Positions 1-12,000 of a stretch of 64,000 nt of DNA are shown here, piece by piece. Position 1 is the first letter of the stretch. Each line of letters opens with the position of its first letter. This DNA comes from Klebsormidium nitens (lineage: Eukaryota; Plantae; Klebsormidiophyceae), in NCBI GenBank assembly GCA_000708835.1, contig DF237440.1, positions 6,595-70,594 on the forward strand. Direction: 5' to 3'. The position numbers and the translations under genes are program-made. The notes under the pieces were generated by a model. It was not told the origin of the DNA. It ran no database searches and was given only the letters and a program-made list of their open reading frames with translations.

Positions 1-3000
1 GCGCTCAAGTACGACAAAGTAACTTTCAGCCAGTTTCAGCAGCTGACTTTCCAGGTGAGATTCTAGGTAACGCTACTCAGAGCAACCCGCAGAAGTGGCT
101 TGAAACCCTTGCTCTCTTCATTGAAGGGAGTTGGAGCAACCCTGGAGTCAGAGACAGCATTGCCTTTGATTGCTCTTGAAACTGCTCCAGTAGTACCGCA
201 TTGCTGCCCTCTACTCCTGAATGCACCCCAACCGGAGAGTCAAACCGTCACATGCTGTGACCTACATTATACCACCCCTTTTTGCCTCGCCAGCCCTTCT
301 TGTCATCTGCCCATCTGCCGAACCCTGTCTCCTGTCAGAACATCTTTTACTTCTGTCAGCACGGCACAGCTTAATGAAGAACCTCTGGTCTGATCAATGT
401 GTTAGTAGCCTTTGCTGATACGCTGCCCTCTTCTGCGACAGGCTCGGGCCCAACTTGTTGAAGTGACGACACCTTTGGGCGGCACATGCCGCATCAGGAA
501 GGGCAACCGCACGGCCATCTTGGCGAGCAACTCCCCCGAGTATGTTGTGGCCACGTTTGCGGTGTGGCTGCAGGGGGCGATGGCCGTCAACCTCTCGACG
601 CGCGTCGGAGATGAGGCGCTGCAGGTGCTGCCCCGTCACACATGCGTTTGCATTTACGAGTAGCGGGTGTTTAAATCGATAAGTCAAGTAGGAGTCCAAG
701 GGCTTTGGACCATCTTCGGAAACAAACGATTTCAGCCTGAGGCTTTGAATACGTTGTTGCAGGTCCTAAAATACTGATTCAAAAGTCAGGCCCACTGAGG
801 TTTCAGGTTTTCAAGACTCTTTGGCTGTGGGCTCCAAGGCTTCCATTGTTTCCAATCCCTTCTTCAGATCCTTTGTTGACTTCAGCCATCCCCCTTGCAG
901 CATTTGGTGTCCCAGGCCGCCCCTTCGGTGCTGCTGGTCTCGCAGGAGTGCGAGGCTGCGGCAAAGCGGGTGGTGAAAGTGAGGCCTCAGACCATAGACA
1001 CTGACCGGACACAGTTGTTAAGGCCTAATCTTCTTTGTGAGCTCCGCAAAGCATTTCGGTTCTCATTCGAACGACTATTTATTTGGGAATTTCAAGTTAG
1101 CCATAATCACATCTTTCATTGCAGCTTCCCTGGAAATCCACGCAGTATCATTGGAGTTGCATTGTGTTCGGGTTCAGGAACACAACCTCCAATATCAATC
1201 TTGCATTCCCTTCTTGACGCTCGGGTTAGCGCCTCCTTAGGCAAGCTTTTAAAGGCAAGGGTCCTAACAGTCCTGGCAGCAACTGACGTGCGTTTGCTTG
1301 TGCCCCGACCGCGCGGTGCATGTCAAACCGTCACTTTGTTACTTTACAGACGCTCAATGTCCAAGACCGCCCGTTGCTCCTGCGGCTGAACACGGGGGCG
1401 CTGGCAGGAGCGGTTGCCTCTGGCGCGAACGTCCTGCCTCCGATGTTCAGAACAGTAGTGGATGGCAAGATGAACGGCCACTCAACGCAAAGCAACGGTG
1501 CGAAGGAGGGCCACGTGGCCACCGCAAAAGTGGACGATCGAGACTATTCAGAGGTAAGCAAATGCAGCAGATTGTGTTACACGACATAGTTGGCTAAAAG
1601 CCAGTGGTGGTTGTTTGGGGAAGCAGTGTAAGTGTTGGGGTGGTCTTCAAAGAGAGCCCCTTGCCTCTGGATACCTGTGCATATGAGGCTTCGGATCATT
1701 CGCAGACTTGACTGCTAGCGCCAAATTTCTGGCCCGTTCTGCAACTCAGTGTCACAGGATGTCAGAGGATTATGCCGAGCTTGACATAGGATTATGCCTG
1801 CTGTGGTGTCCAAAGAATGGACGGATCGACTTGCGGTTGTCACGTTCGATCTCTTCTTCGTAGTTCGAACGATCACATTCGATCTTGGGGCATGCATCTT
1901 AGACCCTGTAGCCATATCTGGTGCGATTTGAACAGGGCGCTGGACTGTGACGCACTCTGATGAAGCCCAAACTAGTGACGTCCCAGAAAATTGGATAGGG
2001 GACAAGGGATCGGATGCTCACAGAATGGAAGGAGGAAGAACGTGGACGCTTGATCCAGCTTGAGAGACCCCCTTGCAGCAATAACTCCTTATGATCAACG
2101 GTCTGGATTGACGGATGTACTGATTTTGACTATGGATCCAAGGGGGAATTATGAAAGGGGGTCCCTACAGAGTCCGCCGGGTCGGAGTCCCCTTTCCGTT
2201 CTCACACTTCTTTCTTCCGCGCCTCAGGCCTTTGCTCCGGCGGTCATTCTGCACACAGGAGGCACCACCGGGCTGCCCAAGCAGGTCGTCCATAACCACC
2301 ACAGCCTGGTCGAGGTGATACGCAGGATGCACGTAAGTTACTCCAAACCAGGACCCGGTTTTTCAACCCACCTTCGAGTACAGCTGGCAGGAAGGATGTA
2401 GTCCAGCGCTAATCTGAAGAAGGGTCAGTCGCATCGATTCTCAAAACGGGGTCAACCTTCAGAGCGCATGTGCTTTATCAAGAGGACCTTTCCTGTATAC
2501 GGAACCAGTCTTGAACAGTCATTTATAATTGAATTTATAAGAGGGTCCTGATTATATCGGATGGCAGTACTGGTCCACCTTACGCCTCACAGCAGATCGG
2601 GGTTTCGAGCGACCTTTTTCAGAGCTTGTCACTTAGCAAGGCCTTTCTTAGAAGGAAGCTTTTGGCCTTCGAACGGACCGAATCAGATCCAGCGTCCGTC
2701 TCGGCATCTGTACCCTCTTTGGAAAGTAGGGTTGACTGGCCTGGGACACGTCCTTACATCCGCTCCGCTTCTTCCAACAGCCAACATCGTTGCTTCCGCC
2801 TTGCAAACGCCTCCCGTGCTTCTTTTTTCCTCTTTCTTTCGGCGCCAAGGGACCCTTACTGTGCAATTTCCATACGCTATCCTTCTATAAAGTACCTTTC
2901 TTTCCACGCAGGATCTGGACCCCCCGTACGCTCCCCCGGGCACTTTGCCCATCCAGCTGGGCTGGATGCCCCTCTTCCACGCGCTCGGGTTCATTGCCGA

Positions 3001-6000
3001 AGTCGGCCTGCCCCTCTATTCGGGCTCGCCCTACTACTCGGCCAAAGTGCGTTGAACCGGCTCTTGCTCCACGCTTTCGATTCCTGTCAAGACCTGAGCC
3101 TCCTCTTGGACTGTTCTAGGAGGCTGACACATTTGTTTGCTGACGTCTTACTCGGCCAAAGTGCGTTAATAGCGGCCCTTTCATTGTACGCTTCTGACCT
3201 TTTCCTAAGGCCTTACCTCTTAAGCTGATGGATCCACGTTTTCAGGATCCCGGTGTCCACTGTCTGCTGACGTCACAAAATGTCCAGCCACGGTCGGAAA
3301 TTTAGCTCTCCAGTCGCGGTCTTTCATAGAGTGTGGAGAGGAGCGATTCTTTCAGAAAGGCCAAAAGGTTTGACGCCTTCCGCAAAAGTCACAGCCCTAG
3401 GGACATTGGTAAAAGGTTGCTCGTATTTTCTCGGGTCATTCCCAGACGACATCTGAAAATCTCTCAGGAAGCGATGCCTCGCTCTGATCACAAAGACCCT
3501 GCTTGCTTCACCAGCGGCATATTTGCTCGCACCAAACCTTCGCGCGCTTCTCACCGGCCGTGTCTGCAGAGCAATTGCAGCAGCGTCGAGAGCTTCGTTG
3601 TCCAGATGCGGCCGCTGAGCACGCAAAAAAGTCCTAGTCCCTAACCCGCAAACACTGCCCCTGGTGGGCCCATCGTATTCCTACGTCGTCTCAAACCTCC
3701 ATTTCTCTACTATCCTTAAGTTCCAAAACCATGGGTAACCCAAAACCCTACAAACCTAAACCCATGAAACCCTGGATTGCAGTTCGCGGCCGCGCCTTCC
3801 GCCGAGGGCCTCCTCCAGGCGATCGAGGACAGCGGGTCGCACCTCATGTTCGTGGTTCCAATGATCGCCGAGCAGTGGTGCCACATGATTAGGCGGGAGG
3901 AGGAAGAGCACGGGTAAGCACTTCCACTTTTCTGGATCACCAATGAACAGCAAGCTCAGGAAACCTTAGCCCCGGACGTAACCAGAAAGCCAAACCTAAG
4001 GTCACACGCACTCCACACCCGCACCCCCCCTATCCCCCTAACTACTCACATGGTTTGGCATGAGGAGGAACACCACTGGTCAGGCAATCAAATTTCCAAT
4101 CTCCATTGAACCTTAAGCTCAGAAAACCCTAAGCCCCCGACGTAACCAGAAAGCTAAACCAAAGGTCACACACGCTCCGTACCCGCGCTCCCCCGAACCC
4201 CCTAGATAACCACATGGTCAGGCGGGAGGAGGAACAGCACGGGTCAGGCTAACCCTCCCTGCCAATTGGCCTCATTTCGATCGCTTCGATCCGTTCGTTT
4301 GTTCAATCTGGGCTCTTACTTTCAGTTGGGATACGTAACTAGCGCCAACGCTGCGCTCGTTTGTGATAGTTCTACATCTACATGCCGGGAGCGTTTCTTC
4401 TTTTCTCATCCGTCCAGTGGAGCAAGATCGATGGAGACGTCCCCCTTCTCGCTGATGGCTCTGAAAAAGTCGAAAGCCGTACGTAACAATGGTTAAAGAT
4501 TGGTCAGCCTATCTGTGATGGGTCACAAGGCTCGTACAGTTTCCCCTGTCTTAGGAGTGCAGTCACCTGGATGATCAGTTTCTGGAACCCTGTGCCAAAT
4601 GACGTGCCAGCTCAGGTCGGGCGTTCTTGCCATGCTTGCAGGGAGTCCAAGACGCTGTTAACTCTCTTGACACTGCACGCGCTTATCTACTCGGGGGCCC
4701 CCCTCGCTGAGTGGGCCGGGTCATTCCTGGTGTCAAAGTAAGCGTCCTGTCTATCACGTAAGCCAGCTTTCTTCGAGTGAGCCTGCTTCGTCCGCAGATA
4801 CTGAGCGTCTTCCATGATACGAGGTTTCCCAACCCGTTACAGATTGACGTTGAAAGCAAGCTAGGTCGCATGCCGGCGCGTAGCATGCCCTTGGGAGACC
4901 CGGCTTTGTGTCAGAACCCATGGAAGGAGATCTTGGACTCCAGTTTTCGGTTTCTGACCCCCATACCTTCTGGTATCCCCATGCGCGAGCAGCTGAAGAC
5001 TCCCACTGACCACGTGTAACCTAGAGGTAGCCCCATAGGAACGTAACCTCTTACACTTGCTGTCGGCGGACCCAATAGGTTCTCACCGGGGCTCAAATGG
5101 GTTGCATGTTGAAGTGGTTCCGGTCCCCAGATCCTCAAAATAGTGACCGGGTGATTTGGAACGTAACCAGTCTTCTGAGTCGCGCGCGCACAGCATACCA
5201 CCCATTGTGGGGGTCCAGAATGGACAACTGGAGTCCACGTTCTCCTTCCCCGGGTTCTGTCAGGAAGGGTTATCCTTGTCGTTGCTACTGCCGAATCTGT
5301 GTTGCACGCTCTATTCGGACGTCTGATGCCGCCGCTATCAACGCCGTCATACTTCGACAAGGCCTGTTCACAAGGCACATACTTATCCCGTCTGAAGCGT
5401 CGAAGACCTCACCAGAGCAGGAAGTCTTGAATACTCAGACAAAGTCTTAAAAATGCTTTCGCGAGCAAATCTCCTGGCGTTTGACATGGGCCCCTTCTAG
5501 TTGATACGTAACCGAGCGATCGTGCCAGCACTGCCAGATTGTGGTCTCCCCGAAGTGCCCGGACCTTAGGACCTTTCCACGAACTGTTCATTTTTCGACT
5601 ACTGAACTCTCTTCTTTTCCAGGGGCGTCCGCCTGACCACTGTTTTTGGGAGCACGGAGACTGGCTCTGTGGCGTTTGGCTTCCCCGGGGGGGGCCCTTC
5701 GTGGAGTGCCTTCAGATTGCCGGGACCCCGGTGGGCAGATCACATTCGGTTTGTGGAGAGCCCCGTGCCTGGCCACGTCATCCTCGGCGGGATGGCAACA
5801 CTTCCGGGAATGGCGCAGGGGTACTTACAGTCGGTGGATCGGCAAACCGGGCAGATGACAGTAGGAACGGGGGACAAGACGTCCACTCATGCGCTCAGAA
5901 ACTTGTGCCTTCCTTTGCTCTTGGTGTGGTTCTCCAGTGCACGCCCATAGCAGAGGAAGATTCCACGACGAGAAAGAATGCACAAGAGAATAAAACGTGT

Positions 6001-9000
6001 ATCATCATCACAGGTTTTGGTCACGCACTCTTAGTGATCAGAGCTCGTGAGTAAGGATTACCGACGCGTTGGTTCCGCAACGCCCAGCAGAACTCTGCCG
6101 ACTCCGATGTCTTTCCTAAATTTAAAACCTCTGTTTCCGCAAATCCTGTTACAGATTCGCTCTCTCGTCCCGACCCCCCGACGAGCCCTACCAAACGAGC
6201 GACCTATTTAATGCCTTTGAACGTAAACATACCCTTTAACTCCGGCTTGTCTCATAGTCAACTTCTTCCTTCTCTTTGAGCCAATAACGTTACGGTAAAC
6301 GTACCCGTAACCCTCTGATTACGACTTCAAACCCTGTTACAGATCCGCCCTCTCGCCCCGTCCCCCGACGTGCCCTACCAAACGGGCGACCTCTTCACGG
6401 TCTACCCCCCTTCCTCGGACGGCCGCACTTGGATCAAGTCCGTGATTCGTGCGGACAACTTGCTGGTTCACACGACCGGGGAGAAAACCAACCCGACAGC
6501 CTTCGAGGGGGCCGTGCAGGAGCTGCCGTTCATTAAGGTTAGGCTTTCTAATCCACAGAATTAAGACTGGGTGGTTGGCAATAGCTGTATTTTGCGGGGC
6601 TGATGCGTACCCGCCAGCGTTTGAGAGTCCTTCCAGGCCAAAAGGTTGAAATTGGTTAACCAGTGATCGTTCGGGGTTCGCAGAATGCCTGGAACTTGCC
6701 GCAGTTGCCCCCTGCTCCCAAAACCTGAGCCTTTTATCTGACAATTAGTGACATCAGCATGACCTCTGCGGGCAAAATAAGAGCATTCGAGCGAGCATCC
6801 CTCGCTCCGCTCAAGATATCTGGTTTCAGAGAAGATAGCCCGTGCCTAAGTTACCTTTCCTTCCCGTCGCTTGATTTGTCGAAGTGACGTAAACGACGAC
6901 ACGTGTTGCAGGATGTGATCGCGGTGGGCAGCGGTTACCCGCGGCCGGGGCTGGTGGTCAAACCGTACTGGGCGGCTGTGGAGCAGCTGACGTCAGTGAG
7001 TCAAGAAAAGGAGGTACGTCAGCACCGTCCTATCCTGGCTGATAAGCGCTGCCGTCCCGACTGCTCGATGACGTTTTTGAGGCGTTACAAACCAACACAG
7101 AGACATTTTGGTGCTGAACAGGTTGAGTAACCCGCACTAGGTCTTGTTATCGGATAGACAAGCGGGCTTAACATATGTTACCGGTTTGTTCACATACTGT
7201 CAGCTTCTAACCAGCCCGTTACCCATCAAGGTTAACCACCGAAAACCCTGTGGAAGTAGCACTTCCTCCCGAACCAGTTCCCTTACTGAAGGCTGAGCTT
7301 CTCGACGTCCCGGTTCCGCTCTGTTTGCTCATGCACCAGGCGTCTTTTACAAGCGACTCTTTCCAAAGCGCTCTCGGGAAGTACAGGAAAAGCTTCCGAC
7401 AGAGCTGCATACCGCGGCGAACCCCTGCATCGCCCCGCGACCGAAGTGCTCGCAACATACTTACTTCCCGACCGTCGGATTTTCGGATCCTGGGCCATTC
7501 ATCGTCCATTTAGAGCTCTTTGAGGCTGCTCCTAGTCGAAGCGACGCGCCTTCTTCGAGGTTTTGAACGCAAGCTTATTTCGTTTCCTTGTTTCCAGGAG
7601 TGGGTGCGAGGCCAGGTGTGGGCGTTGGTCCAGGCGATCAACAAGAAGATGCCGTCCAGTTCGTGGGTCGCGCGAGGCGCCATTTGCGTTCTTCCCCCAC
7701 ACGATTCCGAAGAGGTGGGGCGGTTCCCTGATCGAGGTCCTAGGCTCCTGCAACCAAGCTTCTCTGGCGAGATATGCCGTGTGGATCAAGAGGGAGAGAG
7801 AAACTGCCCTGCCATTGGTTTGGGCAATGTGCTAGATTCTTCCAGCCTTTTCTCTGGGCGAGGCGACTCTGTGAAAATCGTTTTTCTTTATCGGCACTTT
7901 TCCCAAAGTAGATCTTTGACGAGATGAAACCTGTGTAGAGGTAAGTTCTACGCTGAGTCATGAAGATGCTCCGCTGAGTTGCCTCCTGTTGCTTGTTTGA
8001 TCAGATCACCATTCCCCGGACGGTCAAGGGCGAGGTAGCACGTGGCCCAGCGAACGAGCTCTTGAAGAGCCACGTGGCCGCTATGTTCGCGGGTCTGGAA
8101 GCGCCGCCACAAAAATCTGTCGCTCCGGTGTCGAACGGTGTACAAACGAAGGTCAGCGCTCCCATCTTCGATGGTTAAGCTTCACTTGAATGCTGCTCAT
8201 GCATTGCCCAGCTGGTGTCTTCTTTTATTGAAACACCTTCTTCCGCTGAGCAATACTAGTCCGTGTTTGAATTGTTGCTCTGTATAACGCTGGGATCCTC
8301 GGGGGGCATGTGTCTACATGTATTGTTTGAAGGACCCCTTTGAGTACAGTCAGCAGAAGCCGGCATGCCCAAGGCACTTCCTAGTCGAAGCAGATCAGCC
8401 TCCATTTGAAAGATCCTGAAAACGACGTTCTCACTGAAAATTCTAAAGCTGCTGAGTTCCTCAAAACACTTTGTGGAGATGCTTGGGACTCAAACGAAGT
8501 CTCGTTCTGATATCTGCAGGAAAAGGTTGTGGATTTTGAAGAAGTTTTGGACACCGTCCGCCGGACAGCCGCCCAGGTCTTGGGGCTAGATGCCCAAGAA
8601 CTGGACGCTCAGCCAGGCGGTGATCCGCCCCGGCTTTTGGATATGGGCCTCAGCAGTTTGACAGCAACCGAGCTGGCCCAGGTAAGTCCTCCCGGGCACT
8701 TTTTGTCGTTGGCACGGAAAGCGCCCAAGATTGCAGAAGAACTTACAAGGCGTTTAAGAACTGTCACTGGGTAGGCTTGTCCGGTCTACTCACGTACAGA
8801 TACTTTCACATTCAGCCAGTGTAGGCTCTTGTTTGATCTGAGATATGGCAGAATCCACCTGTGAGAAGAGTCTCGTGCTTACGGCGCTGAATGGAACGGC
8901 TGCGAAGCTCTCTGTTCGTTGTGCAATCAACTTCCACTTGTTAGCAAAGACTGAATCAAATAAGAACCCCCCACGCTTTGATTTTTGTGTCGCTCTCATT

Positions 9001-12000
9001 CCGGTGCAGGCAATTGCTGAGTACGTGGGCGTCCCTTTTCCGGCGACCATGTTGTACGAGGACGTTCCTGATGTGGTCGCCCTCGCCAAGTGGGCGGCCT
9101 CCGCCTTGCAAACTGAGGCGGAGCATGCGCCACGATCAAACGGGGCGGTGAGAGAAATCACCACAGCCGAGCGAGCTCTCTCCATTCCCGTAGTAGATTT
9201 CCCGCCGTTGATGACTGTTGTTTCTGAACCATTTTGAATTGCAAAGTTGTTTCTATCACTAGAGCATATCGTTTGCATCGCACTTTTTTATTTTTGTACT
9301 CTGTATATCTTTTCACTCTTTCGAACTGATTGTTTTCTGTCTATCTTTTTTTCCAAAAACAGAAACAATTATCAGCTTCTAGCCTCGCTTTTGCAGGTCT
9401 CCGGTACCACTTTGAACCACGGCCCCAACGGTGTTGCGCCGGAGGGCAAGGGAATTGTTCTCCTTCTGACGGGCGCTACTGGATTCATTGGCTCGCACGT
9501 ATTGAAGGTGAGTTTGGCGGGCGACATAAACGCCAGTTACCACGGCAGACGTGTCGCCCACACTTGCAAGAAACGGCGACCGCTGAAGGGAGATTGATCG
9601 TTCCGCCTGATTAAATCACTGTTTTTGCGAGCAAGCGCGCTCAGCGCCTTATCAAGCGTTAGAGCAGAACCATCTAGTCCGTCTGCTTGTCTAGAATACA
9701 GAATATCCCCTGGACATCGTATCTAGACAGTCCTAGGACTATGGCCCTAAAACTTCTTGGCGGACTTACTCTGGTAGTAAGTACTTCTCAACTACTGTAG
9801 ATGAAGTAATTTCCTTCCGATCCTTCAGAAACCTGAACCCCAAACCTGTCCATTTGCAGAATCTCCTGAGCCGCCCCGCCGACGAAGTGGCGACCGTGGT
9901 GTGCCTGGTCCGCGGGCCGTCGGTCGCCGCCTGCCACGCCCGGCTGCAGCAAGCCCTGCTGCGAACGGGCAAGGGGAGTGAGTCTAGAAACGGGTGAGGA
10001 AACGTTCCGTAGAAAGGGCTGGGGTCTCCGGAAGAAGCCAGTGCACGGTCTTTAGAGGCCCTCTCAAACCAGCTTAGAATGTTGACAACAGAGACCAGAA
10101 CAAAGATCAGAGAGCAGGTTTGCCCCCCTTCGTTTCGTCCTCACTTCGTTGGAAAATATGTGTAATAACCGTTCAGCAGATAGGTAATTGAAAGGGATGC
10201 ACTTTAACCGTTTGTGGAGCAACCATGCTGGCTTTACGCCTGGTTCTGCTGCCCGAGTATGTTATTGCGGCCGCCATTTCTCTCAGCTTGGGTTCGCAGT
10301 CCCAAAATCTAGCAAGAATCAAGCGGAGATTCTCTGAGCTTTCAAAGTACATCATTCCGGCAGGTTCTACCGAGATAAGACGGAGAGCCGCCTAGCTTCC
10401 ATTGAGATTCTCTGCTTCCCTCCAGGTTCGACAGCGCCCGGGTGGTCGTTCTGCCCGGCGACCTGCAGAAGCCGCTCCTGGGGATGACTCCCGACCAGTG
10501 GCGCTTCTGGGGCGAGCGCGTTCACACCGTGATCCACTGCGGGGCAGCCGTGCACCTGACCGCCCAGTACGAGAAGCTCGCGGAGGCCAATGTGAAAAGG
10601 TGCGCCGCAAAGCATGCTTTTGAAGGCAGCCCCAGTCTTTTAGCCATAGATGGTTCGAGGAGCTTTCAACAAGGATCGAGCATCTCGCCGATCGCACGGT
10701 CACCAGCGCGACCGTGGGTAACGCCAAAGCCGCCATGACTTGGCTGTTCCAAAATGCACCTAATTTCACTTTTGGGTGATTGGACAGTACTCAGGATTGT
10801 CTTCAGAGAGTGACAGCTGGCCAACGTCTGTTTGCAGCGTGCAAGAGGTCGTCCGCTTCGCCCTTCAAGGATCTGGACCGCCAAAGCCCGTCCACTTCGC
10901 ATCCAGGTGAACAGCTGCTCTTGATCCTTTTGACATTTCCCTCTGCGCGAGGCATCATTGATTCTCCGTTTGCCAAGTTTAGGCTCGTAAGATCTCCTTC
11001 CGGCTCGTGTCGTAATGTTACTCGGGTATATGCTTTCTCTAATCATTGCGGACTTTGCAGCTCTACGAAAGCTGAGAGTCTTGTGTCTCTGTCTTGGCGC
11101 ACCTGACCATGTATTCTCGGTACCCGCCCCTTTTCAAGATTGTGCATCGGTCCTTTAAATTTACAACTGGAAAAATACGCGCTCCAAACCCCAATCCACC
11201 CTAACTACCAAACCAACCCCACCCGTCCCCCGGGCGCCTATCTGAAGGCACACTGCGGTTAGGGCACTCTTGAACTTTCAGAGTTTTAAAAGGCATGCAA
11301 TGCGTACCTAAGTTTCCGCTTTTCGTCCCAGCGTGTCGGTGAGTTTCTTGATGGACCCTGCTCACAAAAACGGTGAAACGGGGGTGATACCGGAGGCAGT
11401 CGACTTTGTTGAGAGGCGCGGAGCTAACCAGATGGGGTACGCGCTAACCAAGGTAAACACGCTCGGGAAGTATGACATCACGTGACTGGTAAAGTTGACG
11501 CCGAGACATTCAAACCCCTCTGCAGCTCGGACTTAGCAGACGTCGCATGATGGGCCGATTCTCACTCAGGTCGTGTTCTTGTTGCGGCTCACGTTTTGTC
11601 GCCTCGCTGATGTCTTGATTTCTAGTGCGGCTTCGATTTGTTCGGGGTTTTAGGTGCCCGCTTGAAGACTTCGAGATTGAGATAGAGGTGGACTAAAGCT
11701 GCAGAAGTGGTGACCGGGAACGATCGCCCGCTGTTACCGCGAATACAAGGTGCAACCGGACGTGATGGAGCTTGACGAATTGTTCGTGCAGCGGAAAGCG
11801 GAGCTGGCTCTTGCGGCCGCGGCGCAGGGCACCAGCGTCCCAGTTTTCATTTACCGGATCGGGTTAGTGGTGGGTTCCACCGAAAACGCCGGGCTGGGCG
11901 CCGCCGATAACATGTTCACGTGGCTGATTCGGGCCGCGAAAACGTTCAAAAAGTTGGGCTGGGTTCGATGGTTGTGACTTATCTGGGTCGTCTTGTGCTG

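Noticed and set aside
3735-4135. AAACCCT(AA) telomere-like/telo-box motifs
   Set aside because: Short, scattered and partly inside the intronic duplication; not a telomeric array.
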